Below, piece after piece: positions 58,119 through 64,000 of a stretch of 64,000 nucleotides of DNA. The notes under the pieces were generated by a model. It saw only the letters and a list, made by a program, of their open reading frames with translations. It did no database searches and had not been told where the DNA came from. Position 1 is the stretch's first letter. Every line of letters starts with the position of its first letter. Made by a program: the position numbers and the translations under genes. Origin of the DNA: the human T2T-CHM13v2.0 reference genome, Homo sapiens; contig CP086569.2 in the NCBI GenBank assembly GCA_009914755.4, positions 5,472,001-5,536,000 on the forward strand, given 5' to 3'.

Positions 58119-58570
58119 TGTGATGGTTAATGTTGAGGGTCAACTTGATTGGATCGAGGATGCAAAGTATTGCTCCTGAGTGTGTCTGTGAGGGTGTTGC
58201 CAAAGGAGATTAACATTTGAATAATTGGATTGGGAAAGGCAGATCCACCCTCAATATGGGTGGGCACAATCTAATCAGCTGCCAGTGCAGCCAGAATAAA
58301 AGCAGGCAAAAGAAAATGAAAAGACTAGACTAGTTTAGTCTTCTGGCCTACATCTTTCTCCCATGCTGGAAGCTTCCTGCCCTTGAACGTCAGACTCCAA
58401 GTTCTTCAGCTTTGGGAACCGGACTAGCTTCCTTGCTCCTCAGCTTGCAGACTTCTTATTGTGAGACCTCACCTTGTGATTGTGTGAATCAGTATTCCCT
58501 AATAAATTCCCCTTTACATATACATCTATCCTATTAGGTCTGTCCCTCTAGAGAACCCTAATAGATACAC
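58119..58570 (+). repeat. HERV-L 3' LTR (MLT2-like). It is preceded by a purine-rich tract (..caaggggtggac)
   Basis: TGTGATGGTTAATGTTGAGGGTCAACTTGATTGG ... ccaatcagctgccagtgcagccagaataaaagcaggcaaaag ... ccctaatagataca. Homologous to 52057-52512. Confidence 0.85.
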
Positions 58571-60290
58571 AAAAAGTAAATGAAAAGACATCTGTGTTGT
58601 TAAGAGGACAATAGTCCCCAAAGCGACATACAGGTTCAATACAATTTGATTTTTCTTTAATATATAATTTTTTTTAATAGAGATGTGGTCTATGTTGCCC
58701 AGGCTGTCCTGAACTCCTGGGCTCAAGCAATCTTCCTGCCTTCACCTCCCAAAGTGCTAAGATTGCAAACATGGTCCACAATGCCCAGCCCACAATTTTT
58801 TAATGGCCTTTTAAAAAAATGCATGATTTTAAAAATAGAATTATCTATTCCAAAATTCACATGGATTTTCATGATACCCTGAATAGCAAAAAGTAATCTC
58901 AAAAAGAAACACAAGAAACAAAGTGGAGGACTCACATGTCCTGATTTCAAAACTTACTATAGTACACAAAACATAGTATGGTTCTCACATAGGGATATAC
59001 AAAAAGGCCAAGAGAATAGAAATGAGAGCTCGGAAGTAAACCTTCGCATATATCACTAATTGATTTATAACAAAGTGCCAAGGCTATTCAATGTGGAAGG
59101 AAAGTTGTTCAACAAATGGAGCTGATAAAACTGGATATGCAAATGTATTGAATGACGTGAAATCTTTACTTTACAGCGTATCTGAAAATAGCTCAAAATG
59201 AATGAAAGACCTAAATTGAAGAGGTGAGACTCCAAAATTCTTAGTAGAAATCATAGGAACAAATTTTCATGACCCTTTATTTGGCAATAGTTACTTAAAT
59301 ATCATACCAAAACTACAATTAAGAGAAAAAAAAGGTAAATTCGACTTCATAAAAATTAACTTTTGTATATCAAAGGACACTATCAAGATAATGAAAACAC
59401 AACCCACAGAATTGAAGAATATATTTGCAGATAATATCTTAAGATTTAACATCTAGAATATATAAAGAACTCTTACAAAAAGGTAACTCAATTAAAAATG
59501 GTCAAAGTACTTCAACAGACATTGTTCCACAGAAGATATATAAATGGCTAATAAGCATATGAAAATATTCTTAGCATCATTAGTCTTATGAAAATGCAAA
59601 TCAAAACTACAATGAGATACCACTCCCCACCCACTAGAATGGCTACTAAAAAATATTCAAAAATAACATCAATTGTAATGGATGTGGGGAAATTGGAACT
59701 TTTTGCATTACTTGTGCAAATGCAAAATGTTGCAGCCTCCATCAAAAGCAGAGTTTGAGAGTTCCTCAAAAAGTTAAAATGTAGAATTACCATGAGGGAC
59801 TCAAACTGATAGTTGTACATGAATGTGCATAGTAACATTATTCACAATAGTCAATAGGTGGAAATAACCTGTGTGCATCAATGGATGAATGGATAAAAAA
59901 TGTATATTTATATAATAGAATATTATTCAGGCATTAAAAGGGATGAAGTTTTGATACACACTGCAACATAGATAAACCTTAAAAACATCTATTTTAAATA
60001 AAGTAAGCCAGACACAAAAGGACAAAAATGAACCATGTAAAACAGACAAAAATGTAGAGATAGAAAACAGAGGTTTCCAGTGGTTGGCAGGAAAAGCACT
60101 GGAGATTTATTGCTTAACAGGTTTATAGTATTTGCTTAGTGTGATGAAAAATTTCTAGAAATATACAGTGGTTTTGGTGCAGAATATTGTGAATTTGTTG
60201 AATACCACTGAATTGTACAGTTAAAAATGGTTCAAATGGAACATTTTATGTCATATTTTACCACATCAAAAAATGTATAATCTCTGAAAG
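58571..60290 (+). mobile_element. Ancient L1 (continuation of 48660-52056): ORF2 C-terminal region and 3'UTR
   Basis: gtccccaaagcgacatacaggttcaatacaatt (..[13 protein letters not shown]..), aaaatgcaaatcaaaactacaatgagataccactccccacccactagaatggctac (..[15 protein letters not shown]..), ..atgaatggataaaaaatgtatattta.. (DEWIKKMWYIY). 3'UTR phrase gaataccactgaattgtacagttaaaaatggttcaaatggaacattttatgtcatattttaccaca. Confidence 0.8.
58677..58795 (-). mobile_element. Alu fragment (monomer-length), minus orientation, nested in the ancient L1
   Basis: agagatgtggtctatgttgcccaggctgtcctgaactcctgggctcaagcaatcttcctgccttcacctcccaaagtgctaagattgcaaacatggtccacaatgcccagcc. Confidence 0.85.
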
Positions 60291-60299
60291 AAGAGTAAA

Positions 60300-62995
60300 C
60301 ATCTGAACAGGCGAGTTAATTTTGAAACAACCAAGAAGAAAGCATACTTAGAACTCCACAAACTGCAATTATATATGTATTGTCAGACATGAAATATAGA
60401 GTAGGTAAGCACAAAATGTTTAAAGAATAAAAGGTGAAATTACAAAGATCATTTAGTAAGAAAATATCAGAAAACAACAGGCATACTTGAACAAAGTGAA
60501 ACTTCCTGAAATGAAAAACTATATATTCAGTGTAATAACAAAACTCAAATCCAGGGATTAAATGGCAGATTGCAATTTTCACTAGAAAATAAATTTGAAG
60601 AACTTATTCAGAGTGCAGTTAAAGATATAAGATGGAAAATATAAAAAAGAGGTTAAAAGAAATGGAAGATAGACTGAGAATGTGTAACATTTGACTGATT
60701 AGGTTTACCAAGAGAAAATGAAAAAGAAAAATGAAATACAAAAATCAAAACTGAAAAAAAAATTGTGGCTTCCATTTCTAATAATAGTCATATGGATATT
60801 CCAGAAATAATAAAAAAAAATTAGATTTAAGATATAATACATAGATTTAATTAGATTACATTTAATTGATTAGATTTAAGATATAATAATAGATTTAAGA
60901 TATATAAGATATAAATGTATTATATCTTAAATCTAATCTTACTAAATTTAAAATCGTTTGTAAAAACTATTGTGGAGATATTTCTAGAAATTTCAAGACA
61001 CCAAATGAATTGCGTATGTGATAAATATAAATAAATCATCACTAGGTATGTTCTAATAAAATTTCAGAACACCAAAGATGAAGATAAATTTTAAAAGTAG
61101 CCAGAGGAAAAAGGTGAATTACCTTTAAAAGGTTACAGTTTAACAAGAAGTCTGACTTTTCAACTACAAAGATTTTCAGAATAATATCTTCAGTATGCTG
61201 AATGAAGTTTTAAAAAGCAGCTGCCAAAAGAGTTTTAAACTGTGTAGGTATATTTCAAGACTAAAGGGAAATGAAAACATTTGTAGATAATGAAATCTGT
61301 AATTACCAACTGAACTTAAGGATATGCTTCAAGTGGAAGAAAAGTAAATTGAAATGGAGGGTCTGAGATGTAAGAGAGAATGAGAAATAAATAAAATAGT
61401 AAATATATAAATAAATCTAGATGAACACTGACTGCAAAAAGCTACAATAATGATAACATCTTTGGGCATTTAAAAAGATAATTAAAATAAGTAAGAGGAG
61501 TGACAAATTCTTTGGGAGGTGATTAAATTGAATGAAGGTATTCTAAGGTACTTGCACAGTCACAAGGGGTGAAAAAAGGTTTTGTTTATAGTAAGACTTT
61601 GTCAAGTAGGCATATGTAATTTCCAGGTTACCCATAAAAAATTCAAAACAGAAAGTGAAATTTCCAAATTAGTAGAGAAAAAAATGACATAATAAAAATT
61701 ATTCAATTCAAAATGAGGCAAAAAAGAAGAGACAAAGAAACACAGGATATTTAGTACAAATAAAAATCACAACATAATACAGTTCATTAAAACTCAAATT
61801 TGTTAGTAATTCCATTGATTATATATGAATTATGTGTTCCATTTATGAAGCAAAATATCAGAAGAAAAATCCACCCATATACTGTTTTAAAGAAACATTT
61901 AAGACATAAGAATACAGAAAGTTTGGCAGTAAATGAATCAAAAATGAAATAATGAGTCTATGTGAAGATAATCAATGTTCACTGAAATATTAGGGTGAAA
62001 TGCTGATGGAGAACTTTATAATAGATATACCAGGTCTATAACACCTGAGCCTAATCAAATGTAACACCATAAAAGTGAAATATCCAGACACTATCCACCA
62101 GGTTATAGGAAATGCAAAGCAAAAGAATATTAAAAGACATAAAGATGACTCAATCTTGCAATTCCAGAACATGGGAACTTCTAAAAGATAAATTGTTTTA
62201 ATCAATATGTAGTAAAAAGGGAAAGGGAACTGTTACTGAATAAAAGTGACATCGTGACCAAATGTAATAACTTTGGACACTGCTTGAAGAAACCAACTAT
62301 AAAAATTCATATTGAGTCAGTCAAGAACATGTTTATATTGACTGGAATTTTATTACTTTAAGGATTAGTATTAATTTTTCAGTGTAGTAATGGATTGTAG
62401 TTATAGTAAAAAAAAGTTCTTATTTTTGAAATTTACATTGAATTATTGATGAATAAAATTATGTGATATTTGGAATTTTCTTTAACATAATTTTCATTAT
62501 TAATAATAAAATCATGAAAAGGAACAACTCTTGTTGAATGCACATTTGAACTCTGTTGAAGCAGGCATTTCTGACCTAGGGGGAAAAAAACATAAAAGAG
62601 AAGATTTTTATGTGATAAATACAGGTGGTTGCCAGGGGCTGCCGGGTGGGGAAAATGGGGAGATGTTAGTCAAATGGTACAAAGTTTCAGTTGTGCAGGA
62701 TGAGTAAATAAGCTCTGGAGATCCAGTGTACAACATGATGACTATAGTTAATAATACTGTATTATATACTTAAAATTTTCTGAGTAGATTTGAAACGTTC
62801 TCGCCATACACACACAGAAAAGGGTAACTGTGAGGTGATGAATACGTATTCAAGCTAATCACGTAATTAGCTCGATTGTGGTATTTATTTCACAATGTAT
62901 AAGTAAATTAATAAATCACATTGTACTCAACTATATATATTTTTTGTCAATTATACCTCAATAAAGCTGGGGAAAATGTAAAAATAAATAAATAA
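60300..62995 (+). mobile_element. Another ancient L1 copy, plus orientation: ORF1 region (about 60300-62200) joined to an L1 3' end (about 62560-62995), i.e. internally deleted for most of ORF2. Ends in an (AAAT)n-like tail
   Basis: ..ENIKKRLKEMEDRLRMCNI.LIRFTKRK.. and ..FQNTKDEDKF.K.PEEKGELPLKGYSLTRSLTFQLQRFSE.. (L1 ORF1-like). 3' end: ..ggtggttgccaggggctgccgggtggggaaaatggggagatgttagtcaaatggtacaaagtttcagttgtgcaggatgagtaaataagctctggagatc...ttttgtcaattatacctcaataaagctgggg. Confidence 0.65.
60795..60945. repeat. AT-rich tandem/palindromic low-complexity repeat (agatttaagatata units and their inverse tatatcttaaatct)
   Basis: attagatttaagatataatacatagatttaattagattacatttaattgattagatttaagatataataatagatttaagatatataagatataaatgtattatatcttaaatctaatct. 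Confidence 0.8.
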
Positions 62996-64000
62996 ATAAC
63001 CGAGAAAACCCAAACATCCATAAATGAAAATGATACCAAACCTGGCGCCACTTTTTACAATGGATGTAAAAGTCAAGAGTTAAAATCTTTAACATGCATG
63101 CTTACTATGTCGAAAGATCACGTACATGAAAACAAACATACTTTATTGTGATTTTTTTGAATGTAAGCGATGAAAATCTATCATAAAATAGCTTATGTAA
63201 AACAGGGAATGTAGCAACCTGTATAATAGAGGAAGACTAAGAGTAGTTTCGGTTTCAGGCCTGACAATACCAAGATATTCAAAAGCTGTTTTCTGTTTGG
63301 CTCTCCCTCATTCTTTTGGCTCTGCTTCACTTTGTGAACTGTGTGTTGCCTCATTCTCTTCTCCTACATGTGAGTTTCCCTCATGTGGCCTATAAGAAGT
63401 TGGAAGACAGAGCAATACATATCCATGGAAAAATATAAATGATTAGCAATAATGTTGGTTCAATTATAGTTATTTAATACATTCCAACTTTGCTTGACTA
63501 TGAGAAATAATGCTATAGACACATATTTAATTATGTAGCAGTGTTGTGAAAGTGCCTTCAGATATATAAATGCAATGTCTTTTTTTATTGTCTACAATTG
63601 ATTTGACTTTTATTTTAGGACCTGTTCATGACCCTATTAGATAGCAATAAAAATAATAAAAGCCACCCCCCACCCAAGGTTGAATATAATCCTGTAATCT
63701 CATTTTACTCCAATAACTTAAACTATCTCTTTAGGTAATTCAGTTCATGTCTCCTTGGAAGACCCAAGTACCTCAGTTTTTAGTGTTCTGCCTCCCTCTT
63801 CTTGATCCTCTCTCAGATGGCTTGTGGGTATGTTTAGAACTGAAGTGCGTGTGGCTTATGTGACCCTCCGGGCAATAAAAGGGATATGGGATGTCCTGCA
63901 TTCTTATGGAACCCTTTGGACTTCCGTTGTTCTCTCTGGATACTCAGCAGTTTGTGCTGCTTCCTAGAATGATGAGTGCTGGTGTGCAACTGGTCTCATT

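Larger units (their letters stand above)
52057..58570 (+). mobile_element. HERV-L (ERVL, class III) provirus with both MLT2-type LTRs. gag-pro-pol remnants, no env, dUTPase domain 3' of integrase. Inserted into an ancient L1
   Basis: Direct repeats of about 455 bp at 52057-52512 and 58119-58570 (roughly 85-90% identical by eye, both starting TGTGATGGTTAAT). PBS TGGTACCAGAAGTGG matches the tRNA-Leu 3' end. Internal ORFs carry protease, RT YIDD, RNase H TDGS, integrase HHCC/DDE and dUTPase motifs in the ERV-L-specific order. Confidence 0.88.

Overview
This window is primate (almost certainly human or great-ape) nuclear DNA, not a prokaryotic locus. I found no convincing host protein-coding exons, tRNA or rRNA genes, CRISPR arrays or operon-like systems. 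Nearly the whole 64 kb is a nest of interspersed repeats, and every ORF of note in the six-frame track is explained by a transposable-element or retroviral protein. From start to end the main elements are:
(1) A near full-length older L1 on the minus strand (1-8215). It runs past the window start and carries two nested insertions: an RPL26 processed pseudogene with a 14-bp target-site duplication, and a THE1/MST-type MaLR solo LTR.
(2) A highly rearranged ERV cluster at about 15.0-23.0 kb. Two MaLR (THE1-int-like) internal copies lie in convergent inverted orientation around an inverted class I (gammaretrovirus-like) pol fragment (RNase H plus integrase). A class I env remnant follows on the plus strand (CWFC, immunosuppressive domain, CX6CC, membrane anchor).
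(3) The 5' portion of a second L1 on the minus strand (22985-26800). Its long 5'UTR is split by an LTR12 (HERV9-type) solo LTR with a GTTA target-site duplication and six CCAAT (ATTGG) boxes.
(4) Alu elements, including a young AluY with a perfect 9-bp TSD and an Alu inserted into a MIR, plus several microsatellites.
(5) A 5.7 kb L1PA-like element on the plus strand (40660-46380).
(6) An ancient plus-strand L1 interrupted by a complete but decayed HERV-L (ERVL/MLT2-type) provirus (52057-58570). The provirus has both LTRs, a tRNA-Leu-like primer binding site, gag-pro-pol remnants and the ERV-L-specific dUTPase domain downstream of integrase.
(7) Further ancient L1 fragments to about 63 kb.
The previously undescribed system hint therefore does not apply here in the prokaryotic sense. 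The findings worth a second look are structural (nested insertions, a possible inversion, a deletion breakpoint) and regulatory (the LTR12 insertion). All coordinates are by-eye estimates and could be off by about 10-30 bp.
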